Shown one piece after another: positions 23,140 to 34,173 of a DNA stretch of 44,169 nucleotides. The stretch spans positions 8,379,051 through 8,423,219 of the forward strand of contig NC_068982.1 in NCBI RefSeq assembly GCF_001194135.2. The letters run 5' to 3'. Within the stretch, counting starts at the first letter, position 1. Each line of letters starts with the position of its first letter. A model generated the notes under the pieces. The model was not told the origin of the DNA and did not search any database. It was given only the letters and a program-made list of their open reading frames with translations. The position numbers were made by a program, and so were the translations under genes. The DNA is from Octopus bimaculoides. Lineage: Eukaryota.

Positions 23140-24764
23140 TATATTTATATACCTAAATACATATCTGAATGCACGCACACATATATTCATACATATATAC
23201 ATAGATGCACACACAAACACACATGTAAATACGCTTTGCATGCATATCATTTATGCATATGACTTTTATAGTTCACAAAAAGTAAATTTAGTTACTGAAT
23301 GGCAGCTTTTTATGACGTGTTCATCTTAGTCTTACACTTCTGTTCCACATACACACCCACATACATACATATATACAAATACACATACATAAATAAATAC
23401 ATACATAAATACATACATGCATACATAGACACATAGACACATAGACACGCATATATTTCTTCTTATTAGCTTAGTATAGGTTTCTTTAGCAAAAACAGTT
23501 TCCCTTTTCCTTTTCCTACCTCATGCTTTAGGGATTTATACTGACTGTTTCTGCTATGCACAGCGGCTGAAAATATATGGAAATATATTTTCTTTAACGT
23601 CCATCAAAACAGTATATGCTTGAATGATTCCTCGACAATTTTTTTTTAATATCTGTCACACAATTACATTTCTACAGATTCACCCCACAAAACGGAATGT
23701 TCTGTATTTTAGGTGAAGTTTATATAAGATGTAAACCGATTCATTATTGAATAAATAATGGCTAAAACATTCTACCGACCGTAAATTGCAATAAGGTGGA
23801 CAGGAAATAATCTAAATTTAAAAACCTACACTGAGTTAATATGATGTGTGTGTGGAGAAGAATGGTATGACTAGCAGATTAATGTGTCATAGAAAGCTGT
23901 TATTCACTAACGAAATGTATTTTACAGGAAGTATAAAATCATAATATGAATAAAAGATATCCAAACATTTATTCAAAAATATATATATTTGACAAAAATA
24001 AAATCTTGAAATACTTCACTAGAGGTAAGAGTCTGGTGAAATCAGTCGGATTTTACGATCATAAAAAGACACATTATGCAGCGTTGTTCTTATTTTTTTT
24101 TTAATGTGTTTTATTGGATAATCTTCAGTCTACGTCATCGCTATAAGCCTCGTTATTGTCGCTATTCCTCGCCCACCATCGAATCACCGTGGTCACCATT
24201 GCTATTGTCACAATGATAATCATCATCTTCTTCATTATTCAGGCTCTCATAATCGTCATTATTATCATTGCATTGCGGCTTATTATTCTTCAAAAGAAAT
24301 TAAACTCGTAGATTCTTTTAATTATTTGGATTCAAACGAAACGCCTTAAACTATATGGTTCGCTGCTGGTTTAAATGAAACACAAATTTCTTGTTAGGCA
24401 ACAACTGAAAACATGGCACTTCTTATATTTTGCTATGTACAGTTCGGAGTAAGTAGGCGTTTGGTAATGTTCTTACCTTTGTGTAACATCAGGCACCAGT
24501 GTTTAGTAAGTCCCACACGTTTGATTGCAGCCTAGGATGGTGTTTTGTTTTTAAAACCGTACTATATTTTGATGTGGCGATATAGATTTAGCTCATTGAA
24601 ATTGATCAAATCCGTACAGTTAATTGATGAGAAGCTGGATCGATAACGTGGTTGTTTATTAGTTGAAGAATTCTTTTGTTATTAACGGCGCCAGATACAC
24701 ATATACTCACCATACTAATGTCATTTCCATGTAACCCATGTGGATCTACCGTATGGATGAGGAC

Positions 24765-24940
24765 TGTTATGTTTCAAGCTACTGCTATCTCGCACCTTCG
24801 GATGATCTCTGCTCGACTGCTACTCGGCAGCTACTCTACTGTCAGTCGACCGTCAGTCCAACACTACTCAACTGTCAGGCAACTACTATTTATAAGTCTT
24901 GGTCGAGCCTACTTCTTCGCTTGGGGGCGTCGACACGACA
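24765..24940 (-). mobile_element. Short solo LTR (176 bp)
   Basis: TGTTATGT...GACACGACA termini, TATA-like CTTATAAATAG on the minus strand, homologous to 37356-37520. Flanks GAGGAC / GAGAC give an imperfect TSD. Confidence 0.7.
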
Positions 24941-25834
24941 GAGACAACATGGATGAAGACATCATCATTCACTATTTAGCATGACATGATCGTCTTATGT
25001 ACAGGCATATCTGCTCAAGCTGGTGAATAAAGCATTCGCCTATGATACTACTATGGTTGAGTAAATGTTCATGGATATCGGCACCATGGTAGAACTTGAT
25101 CTCAGAAACAAATAGCCGGCATGTCTCCTCCAGCGAGCAAATTATTCCACCAATCATTCCCTATTTCTAGCGAAACGATCAATGCCATATTGTTGTTATT
25201 GTTGTTTAGCTTCTGTTAAACGCTGATCAATCAAACCTGTGGTCAAGGCAAATACAAAAGAAACTTTTTGCCTATGTAGGGCTACATTAGTTAACATGTT
25301 CTTTTCTTGTTTAAGGCAGTTGGATGTGATTTGAGGGATATTACGCTGCTATTTCTAGCAGAGCTGAGACAAGGAAAATCATTCTTTTGCTAATGTAGAT
25401 ATGAGATACGTGTGTCCCAGTGTGTTCTCAACGACGAATTAAATCATAATTGTATTTAACCAACTCTGTCAAACAACATATTGTTAAATCTGTTAGATAT
25501 TCCTCAAAATACTGACATAAAATGCAAGGATACAATGTTCTTTATATTATTAAATAAACAAAAACTGATTTTGCTAGGGTTGGAAGGCTTTAAGCGCATG
25601 CCTGATGTTCCTGCTATAAACAACAAACCCCATAACGAAGTCTATGGATATAGATATAACGAAGCCAAGGAGAAGATTTCTTGTCATAAAATAGAAGTAA
25701 TATAAACTGAGAAGGTGAAGTCATCATTCGGTTTTGATTCTAAACTGTAACGTTTCTGATGATGTATCTTGCTAAAGTCAATAAGATTATATGTGGTCAC
25801 ATATTTCACTTAATTGTTGATTAATATAGACACG

Positions 25835-26130
25835 CTGCGTAGGGATTAATTGTAAGGTAGTAAGTTCGATTCCTGACAATGCGTTTTGTCCTTGAGCAAG
25901 ATACTTCATTTTACGTTGGTCCTGTCCACACAGCTGGCAAAAATTAGTTGCACCTGTAATTCAAAGAGCCAGCCTTGTCTCATTCTGTGTCGCACTGAAT
26001 CTCCCCGAGAACTATGTTAAAAGTACGTGTGTTTACGGAGTACTCAACCACTTGCACGTTAATTTCAGGAGCTGGCTGTTCACTTGCTCGAACCAGCTGC
26101 AACACACATCGTCGTAATCGACGGAGTACC
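25835..26130 (+). mobile_element. SINE family C, alternative 3' tail
   Basis: AAGTTCGATTCC B-box-like motif and core GTCCTTGAGCAAGATACTTCATTTTACGTTG shared with 250-527; the downstream tail differs. Confidence 0.7.
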
Positions 26131-26999
26131 AGTTAATCTTCGAATGGATATTGCATTCCTTTACGATATTTATATATATTAATTAAATCTTAATAAAGTG
26201 ATTGTAAACTTGAAAATCAATTATAGGGATTCAGTAATTGTTTGTGAGAATTTTAATAATCTATTGTAAAGCATGAACCTGTAGAGTATTCATTAAAAAT
26301 GTCTGTATTGTGAAATATTCGTTTTCTCAAACTTTTATAGATTTGTTTACATATCGCTAGATTGTTTCCCGATAGAAGGTTAGACTCTAGTTTTTAGCGG
26401 AAAGTTTAAATTAAAGTGCAGATCATTATCTCCTTACGATTGAGTTATTAATTTATTTAATTTGGAGGAAGCATTTACATTGTGTGTCAAGTATAATTTG
26501 TTCAGTCATTGATTATTACTGCACCATTTATAGAGTAATCTAGTTAGATCATAAACATTTAATGAATATGGAAAATTTATATAATTATAGATAAGTTTTA
26601 AATAGTCTAATAAAAATACGTAACTGATAAGCGACGAAAACGAAATTTTACATGTCTATCTGCTATAAATAATGTAAGCATCTAATTATTGTAATGTTTC
26701 TGATAAGTCGATATGATATGAATAAACACGAATCCCATTTTCATAGCAGGGAGGCATAAACGATATTTATATTGCTATAATTTTATAGACAGGGTTGTAA
26801 TGGAGAGCTAAATTACGTGACTAATACTATCTTCGACATATTTTCGCATGTTCTAATGCAAAAATGTACCCATCACTCCGAACTCTCAAACGATACATAC
26901 GAAGGCGCGTTACCTTCGTACACCGCAGTAGCAATGCATCTCACTCACCCTTGCAGGTATTAAGTCACTCGTTCTCTATTACGATGTCCGAAAAATAAT

Positions 27000-27370
27000 T
27001 ACAGGAATTCTTTGCATGTATTTGTACAATATACAGCACGTATGCTCTCTAGACACCCATTTTTAGAGGAACTTTTTTGGTTTCTTGCTATACTACGTCT
27101 GTTGACTTTGCATTCTCAACCAAGACAGCACCATAAGTTATCTCACTTAGAAATCTGTTCCCCCTGCTAATGATATCCTCTCTATTAAAATTAGATGTCT
27201 TAGGCCCGCATATAACAAATGCCATTTGGACAGTTCTAATTCGTGTTTATTCTCCAGTAACCTGTTTTAAATTAGAGTCTCAGTTTTTGTTCTTTAATAA
27301 AAATCTCGGATAATTCTCTATTAAAACAAAAATCCACATTAAATCTACCTGAATATCATTCACCGATGAG
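27000..27370 (+). mobile_element. Possible highly decayed PLE GIY-YIG C-terminus
   Basis: Ends ..SLLKQKSTLN (compare PLE FIxKxKPxLN) followed by CCGATGA; otherwise very degenerate. Confidence 0.25.
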
Positions 27371-28544
27371 GCCCCATAAGACTGCATCGTGTCCTCAGTT
27401 GTTACTGTATAGCTATGATCATGCTAACTCACCACGGCATTTCATATTAAGTTACGTTAAATTTCACGTTCTTTATTCCTGCCTTTTCAGATTGGAATTG
27501 TTCGCGTCACTGAAGAAATAATTTTCATTGTTTGAAATCTGTTAGTTTACTACATCAATCATACTAACGTGCACTAGAACATTAGAATTTCAAGATGTAG
27601 CTAATGCATTTATTGTAGGAAGCTGCTTTGATACAAAGAGTGCAACAAATGTCCAAGCTATAATAAAATATGACGCGGGGACAGGAATCTTACTGTAGAA
27701 CTATTGGTTTGTTGTATTTAGAGTAGAATAAGCCTCAAATGATGAAGTGTCAAAGATGGAAAAGAGAGAAAATTAAAATACGATTCACTTACATTTCTGG
27801 GCAAGGGCTAAAAATCTATTCATGTAAAATTAACTGAAATTGCTCAAGTCGTTCTGAATGTTGTTTAAGACCTTCTCCGACGAGGGCTTCTTTTTCCAAA
27901 ATAAAGGAACTAAGAAATATTTATAAAGGAGTATTCCGATCAATTTGTCCTTGATATTCTTGCGTTGATACTTAAAGATCTACTTGTTTTATAATATTTT
28001 ACGTTCCTAAAAGCAAACTCATTTTCTTATCCCACAACTCTTTAGCACATACGGTTCTTTTGTAATTCCCATTCAATGCTGACTCTAGTACTCTTTCGTC
28101 AATATTTTACTAGAGATTCCCGAAGCTGCTTAACTATTGTCTTCAGGCTGCTTCATATAATATTCTTATAATACGGAATACAAAAGATAAGAAGAAAAAA
28201 ATATACCACGAGTAAGATTCCCAGCAGCTAGTTAAGTATCCTTTAAGACCTTCAATTTTCCTCCTGTTGTGTTGGTTTTAGCTATTATCTTAGTACGAAA
28301 TGATTTAGCTCACTTTTAACCTTAGTTTCTAATTTTCTAATAATTCCTATCTTTACTATCGACTCCCTCTTACTTCAGCTTCTATTTTATAGCTAGCGCT
28401 TTATATGACATTAGAAAAAGTTTCTTTTGTTCCTATTTTCCTAGTCCTGCATAAAATATTTTAAAAATTCTTTTATGTCTGCAGAAACTTCTGCCTCTCT
28501 ATGTTCGTGGTAAATATATTTCCATCTCAATATTCGGATAACAC

Positions 28545-28748
28545 AAGCCGACGTTCTGGCAGGAGAGTTAGCACACCAGGCGAAATGCTTAGCGATATTT
28601 CGTCTGTCTTTATGTTCTGAGTTCAAATTCCACCGAGGTCGACTTTGCCTTTTATCCATTCGGGGTCGTAAATTAAGTACCAGTTGCGTACTGGGGTCGA
28701 TCTAATCGACTGGCCCCTCCCCGGGCTTTGTGCCTAGAGAAGAAAACA
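28545..28748 (+). mobile_element. SINE family B (OR2-like)
   Basis: GAGTTCAAATTCC B-box, core GTCGACTTTGCC..AAGTACCAGTTGCGTACTGGGGTCGA, tail GTGCCTAGAGAAGAAAA. Confidence 0.9.
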
Positions 28749-29160
28749 ATAATTGGCTGACACATTTTGTCATTAATTTAATTGTTTTCCTATCTAAACA
28801 CGATTATTCACTTAGCTTTCAGTTGAGAATACTGAGAACTATGAAACTCATTACAGTAGTAGCGAAGTCTGGCATTTAGATAAGCAATCAGTTTTTAATT
28901 ATCTATAACTTTCTTCATAACATTTTTAAAATCTTTTGTGTATAACATATTCTATATATTTCATTAACACCTAAGTAATTGTTTTTCTAGTTGCGATTTA
29001 ATTATATCTTAGTTATCAGTTCATTACATCCATGGTCAGTATTTTCGTTTCTTCTAGCTTCTCTTTGCATAGTTTTCATACCATATTCTTTAGTGTGTGT
29101 GTACAAATATATATACAGACAGACAAACATACGTACATGAAGTATATGTATGTATATATG

Positions 29161-29162
29161 CA

Positions 29163-29237
<75 letters not shown>

Positions 29238-29243
29238 ATATAT
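29161..29243. repeat. (TATC)n microsatellite
   Basis: Read directly. Confidence 0.95.
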
Positions 29244-29249
29244 ATACCA

Positions 29250-29520
29250 AAAACATACATTCATTGAAAGCTATGTGTTTGCAATCCAGGAACAGGAGAT
29301 TGCCACAAAATACCTGGTGAACACGAAAGACAGTGACGCTTTTGTAATTCCAATGTGCAACCGCACGTGTAGGCTGCCAGGTTTCTGCGGAAGGCATCAC
29401 ATATGTGATTAGCAGATGTCCTAAAACGTCGTCACGGTACTACCACTCTATGCGGCACTATGTTGTTGCTAAAACAACTTAAAATGCCATCCGCAAAGAA
29501 GACTGTCCTGAAATAAACTT
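29250..29520 (+). mobile_element. RLE-type LINE (R4/Dong-like) CCHC-region remnant
   Basis: ESYVFAIQEQEIATKYL..CNRTCRL then CPKTSSRYYHSMRHYVVAKT (Cys at 29417); homologous to 10928 onward. Confidence 0.8.
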
Positions 29521-29827
29521 TAAAAACCATTTTGCTTGGTATAATTATAATCATATTCAACTTTGCCTTTCTCTTCTCTAGGCTCTTGTTTTTTATTTAC
29601 TCTTCACTCTGATGAAGCTCCATGTTTCAGATCGGATTTATTACCAAATATGATAAATATTTGTTTAGTATATCAATGGCAATACCAAAGAAATTGGAAG
29701 CAGAAACAGCTGTTAGAAGGGATGCAGTCTATTTGTATTGAATTAATAAATAAGAATTGATGTAAGCCAATTGTTTTTCGTCAATATTTCTCCATTTTCT
29801 GTTTTCTTTATATGTAACTGTACTCCG

Positions 29828-29963
29828 TAGGTCACGAATGACGATGGGTGCACCAAAGAGGTTTTCCTCCGGGGTACAAGCCTGGGCCGAAAGTTCCTTC
29901 ACCGGCGAACGCACAACCTCCCCATCGTAATTTCGACGCTTTAACCACTGAGCCGTGCGCCTT

Positions 29964-29964
<1 letters not shown>
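29828..29964 (-). mobile_element. SINE family C, internally deleted (head fused to tail)
   Basis: Reverse complement starts GAAGGCGCACGGCTCAGTGGTTAAAGCGTCG (A-box) and ends with the CTTTGGTGCACCCATCGTCATTCGTGACC tail seen at 495-527; the central core is absent. Confidence 0.6.
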
Positions 29965-29995
<31 letters not shown>

Positions 29996-30371
29996 NNNNN
30001 NNNNNNNNNNNNNNNNNNNNNNNNNNNNNNNNNNNNNNNNNNNNNNNNNNNNNNNNNNNNNNNNNNNNNNNNNNNNNNNNNNNNNNNNNNNNNNNNNNNN
30101 NNNNNNNNNNNNNNNNNNNNNNNNNNNNNNNNNNNNNNNNNNNNNNNNNNNNNNNNNNNNNNNNNNNNNNNNNNNNNNNNNNNNNNNNNNNNNNNNNNNN
30201 NNNNNNNNNNNNNNNNNNNNNNNNNNNNNNNNNNNNNNNNNNNNNNNNNNNNNNNNNNNNNNNNNNNNNNNNNNNNNNNNNNNNNNNNNNNNNNNNNNNN
30301 NNNNNNNNNNNNNNNNNNNNNNNNNNNNNNNNNNNNNNNNNNNNNNNNNNNNNNNNNNNNNNNNNNNNNNN

Positions 30372-30413
<42 letters not shown>

Positions 30414-31329
30414 ATTTATGTATGTATGTATGTATGTATGTATGTATGTATGTATGTATGTATCTATCTATCTATATATACGTTAACGGTGTTTCCAGAT
30501 CCCTGACTGTTACACAGTTCAGTTTGAGGTCATCCATAAATAAGAGATGGTTGAAATGTTTTCATTGCACCACGTCGGGTAAAACGTGTCAGTGTTAAAT
30601 GAAGAAACAAGCAGCACAGAAACAGGGAGACTGAGATTATTTATCTCCTAAGAATGTTCGGGTTCATTTCTATTATTCTCTGTTTTGTTTACGTCTGTAA
30701 AATTGCGTTCCTTTCACTCATAGTTTGCGTGATGTACCTGCTTGTTATTTATGCTACTGAACTCATGGCTATTGTTTCCATAGTGAACGGGTGGAGATAC
30801 TGTCAAAAACTAATTAATACATGTCGTTTTAAGTTATGGCTTTGTTGATCAGTAACTGATATTCATATTAAAGTGCCTTTGAATTATCTTCTTTTCTTCG
30901 GGAGGAAGGTTATTTTTTCAGGCAAATATTCATCCTTTGCATTATGACTTTGCTGTTTAGACTTTGTATAGTGTATGAAGGTAAATTATAGCTTTGGAGT
31001 TTGAATGGAGATGTTTCTTCCCGAATGGAAATTAAAATGGCTTTTGATTCCTCGGTGATGTATTTTTTTTTTTTTTGATTAACCTAATTCATTGAATACG
31101 TTTGCAATTACTTTCTATTCATAACATGTCTGAAAATAGCGTCATGGTTTGTAGAAATATACTGGACTGCCTCTTATTCCCTACTTCGTAGTTACTCTTA
31201 ACTGTGTGATAGTTTATACTTAAAATTGCTATTCTTTAATTTCTAATTTGTTTCCTATCGTTTATTCTCATTAATTCTTTTGGATATTATTACTTTCTAA
31301 AACTTTTCTGCAATTTCTTTTGGTGTATT

Positions 31330-31740
31330 TAACATCTACGCTCATGATCATCTCTATTTCTCCCTAGAAAACCTGATAGTTCTCTTGTTGTTTGCACCGA
31401 ATTGCTTTCCCTTCTGTTTTGATCAAATCCTTGAAAAGATATGTTTGTATTAAATATGAATTTTGTTTCATAGAAATTTCTGAGCATTCTCCAGAGGAGA
31501 TGAAAACCACAGAAACTCACGCATGAATCTCGACAATATTGATTGAAGTCAGGAGGGAGCAAGGAGTGTTATAAGCACAAGCTGATCGTAGCTGTTGTAT
31601 GGTAGATATTTCCTAGAAGCCATTTTCTCATGCTTTTGCGAGTGGAAGCCTCGATCTGATTTATTAAATTTGCTTTTTCTGACATCATAGTCCCCATTCG
31701 CAACTCACACTTGTAATATATGTACGTCTCGGCGTCTTTT
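31330..31740 (-). mobile_element. Possible decayed LINE post-RT region
   Basis: Minus frames give LINQIEASTRKSMRKWL and LLPPDFNQYCRDSCVSF, reminiscent of the RLE-LINE thumb region. No catalytic motif. Confidence 0.25.
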
Positions 31741-31806
31741 GTAATATTGCTCTGCGATATCTTTTGTGATTAATAGTTAGGCCGCTCTGTTGTTGTTATT
31801 ATTAAT

Positions 31807-31965
31807 AAAGCGGCGAGATGGCAAAATGCTTTGCGGCATTTCGTCAGTCTTTACGTTCTGAGATCAAATACCGTCGATGTCGCCTTTGCCTTTCATCCTT
31901 TTGGGGTTGATAAAGTAAGCGCCTGTCGATTACTGGGGCCGATATAATCGACTAGCTCCCCTCAA
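31807..31965 (+). mobile_element. SINE family B, diverged, partial head deletion
   Basis: AAAGCGGCGAGATGGCAAAATGC..TTTACGTTCTGAGATCAAAT..CTTTGCCTTTCATCC..CTGGGGCCGATATAATCGAC. Confidence 0.8.
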
Positions 31966-32211
31966 AACATAAAAAAGCTAACTAGTCATGTCTACAGACT
32001 TTTCTTTCTTCCCTATCGCATACCTTGTTGTTAGCTGGGCATGTTATATGTATGATCCAGCAGCGTTTGCGTTCTTTCTCAATTAAGACTATGTCTGGTT
32101 TCCTATTCTCTATCTCATGGTTGCACTTAAGCATAAAATCCCACAGGATCTTTGCATTATCATTTTCGATGATGTCTTCGGGTTTATGTTCGTACCACTT
32201 TTTTGCTCCAT

Positions 32212-32222
32212 CATCATCATCA

Positions 32223-32296
<74 letters not shown>

Positions 32297-32640
32297 TCTC
32301 GTAATGAAAGGTTTTGTTGGAGCTCCCGGAGTCTTGCATGCGTAACGGCCTTGCTAACTGCAGCATACGGTACCATGCTATCCGTTCTTTTCAGCTATTT
32401 ATTACTTTCCTGATTATTTTGGCCAAGCCACGGAAGCAAATCTTTTGTAACAGTTCTACCGTGTACTCTATTCCAATTTCCTTTATATTCCCCTTGATGC
32501 ATTTCGATACTGTTCTCAAGGACCCAATAGTAATTGGTATTGTTTTCACCTTCTTCATTTTCCATAGCCGGGCTATTTCGTACTTATTGTATTTATCTAT
32601 TTTTTCGCCTTATCTGTTGACTATTCGTGGATCAAAGGGG
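32212..32640 (-). mobile_element. RLE-type LINE (R4/Dong-like) 3' end with (TAA)n/(TGA)n tail
   Basis: Minus frame FDPRIVNR*GEKIDKYNKYEIARLWKMKKVKTIPITIGSL..KEIGIEYTVELLQKICFRGLAKIIRKVINS*, then a short UTR and a long (TAA)n run. Confidence 0.8.
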
Positions 32641-32668
32641 CTTGCAACATCAACTATATAGCACACGG

Positions 32669-32945
32669 GGTGCCAGTTATTGTTGAGTCCTTGGAAACAA
32701 TATCAGAAGGCATCAAGCGGGGAGTATAAAGGAAATTGGAATAGAGTGCTCAGTAGAACTGTTACAAAATGTTTGCCCCCTTGGCATGGCCAAAATAATC
32801 AGGTAAGTTGTAAATAGCTGAAAAGAACGGATAGCATGGTACCGTAGGTTGCAGGTAACAAGCCCGCTACGCATGCAAGACTCTAGGAGTTCCAACAATA
32901 CCTGTGATAAATATAAATAACAATAATAATAATAATTATTATTAA
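32669..32945 (+). mobile_element. Second 3' end of the same RLE LINE family, opposite orientation
   Basis: VPVIVESLETISEG..KEIGIECSVELLQNVCPLGMAKIIR*VVNS*, UTR and (TAA) tail; roughly 80-85% identical to the reverse complement of 32307-32541 by hand count. Confidence 0.8.
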
Positions 32946-33272
32946 AGTAGGTCTCTGGTAGAATTACTAAAACTCTGGGCAAAATTCTTTGCGTCGTTTC
33001 GTCCGTCTTTACGTTCTGCGTTCAAATTTGCCGAGTACTTTTCTAATATCCTCGAGTAGGTTATGGCGGCGGGGCTAGCAACATCGTTAGACGGCCGGAC
33101 AAAATAATTCAATTCATTTCGTCCGACTTATGAATTGAAATTCTACCCAGTTAACTTTGCTTTTCATTTTTGCGGGATCGATAAAATAAGTACCAGTTGG
33201 GCACTGAGATCAATGTAATCAATTTACTCCTTTAAACTTGCTGGCTTTGTGCAAAAACATTTGAAACCAATA
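32945..33272 (+). mobile_element. Two diverged SINE family B copies (head 32945-33035; copy 33063-33272)
   Basis: TTTCGTCCGTCTTTACGTTCTGCGTTCAAATT and TTTCGTCCGAC..ATAAAATAAGTACCAGTTG motifs. Confidence 0.65.
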
Positions 33273-33924
33273 TTTTTGAGTGAGTTGTATAAGATATTGA
33301 TATGGTTGTCAAGCAATATTTTGTTTTGTTAAAAATNNNNNNNNNNNNNNNNNNNNNNNNNNNNNNNNNNNNNNNNNNNNNNNNNNNNNNNNNNNNNNNN
33401 NNNNNNNNNNNNNNNNNNNNNNNNNNNNNNNNNNNNNNNNNNNNNNNNNNNNNNNNNNNNNNNNNNNNNNNNNNNNNNNNNNNNNNNNNNNNNNNNNNNN
33501 NNNNNNNNNNNNNNNNNNNNNNNNNNNNNNNNNNNNNNNNNNNNNNNNNNNNNNNNNNNNNNNNNNNNNNNNNNNNNNNNNNNNNNNNNNNNNNNTATAT
33601 ATATATATATATATATATTTAAGCATATATATTTAAGAATATTTTTGGCTGCGGCTTACGAATATTTGACGTATATTTGCCAAACCATGGAAAAGGATTT
33701 TGCAGAACTCTACACCCCAAGTAGATTGTGTATATATTTGCATGCTAAATTTCACAATTTCATGTTAAACCCCCCCCCCACACACACACACAAACTCACA
33801 TATACAGTATTGTTTGCTTGTGCATAAAATTCAGTATACATGATCAAATAATTCTCCACCCTTGAATAATTTATCACATTGCCAGGAGTAAAGTAAGATT
33901 CCATAGACGACATATATGTATGTA

Positions 33925-33972
33925 TTTATGTATTTATGCATGTATGCATGTGTGTGTGTGTGTGTGTGTCTT

Positions 33973-34040
<68 letters not shown>

Positions 34041-34075
34041 TTTCTCTTTATATATATATATATATATATATATAT
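33925..34075. repeat. Compound microsatellite (TATG, TG, TC with period-14 TTTC interruptions, TA)
   Basis: Read directly. Confidence 0.95.
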
Positions 34076-34173
34076 GGGAGAATATACAAATAATAACAAC
34101 AGACGAGGACAGGTGGTGTAAATAACAAAAGTATATATTAGTATGACGCTCGGGAATACGGAAAGTCTTTGAC
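34076..34173 (-). mobile_element. PLE-type terminal repeat fragment truncated by a gap
   Basis: Reverse complement GTCAAAGACTTTCCGTATTCCCGAGCGTCATACTAATA..T-rich..(TA)n resembles the segment downstream of the motif in 21445-21650 (TTTCCTGAGCGTCCAATAATA). Any ribozyme core would lie in the N-gap. Confidence 0.5.

Noticed and set aside
24130-24290. CAT/CGT/TAT-rich stretch resembling a His-rich or hydrophobic ORF
   Set aside because: Degenerate trinucleotide low-complexity sequence with stops and no splice support.
26898-26920. Perfect 8-bp hairpins (TACGAAGG/CCTTCGTA here; GACCTGAA/TTCAGGTC at 12835-12854; TGTTATGT/ACATAACA near 12680-12720)
   Set aside because: A few 8-bp stems are expected by chance in 44 kb, and none has supporting context.
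27363-27400. CCGATGA as another hammerhead core (also CTGATGA near 29590 and 43586, CCGAAGA near 39045)
   Set aside because: No GAAA with pairable stems I-III downstream.
27790-28008. AG/GT-bounded minus-strand block with peptide KDKLIGILLYKYFLVPLFWKKKPSSEKVL
   Set aside because: No frame is open across the block, and I recognise no homology.
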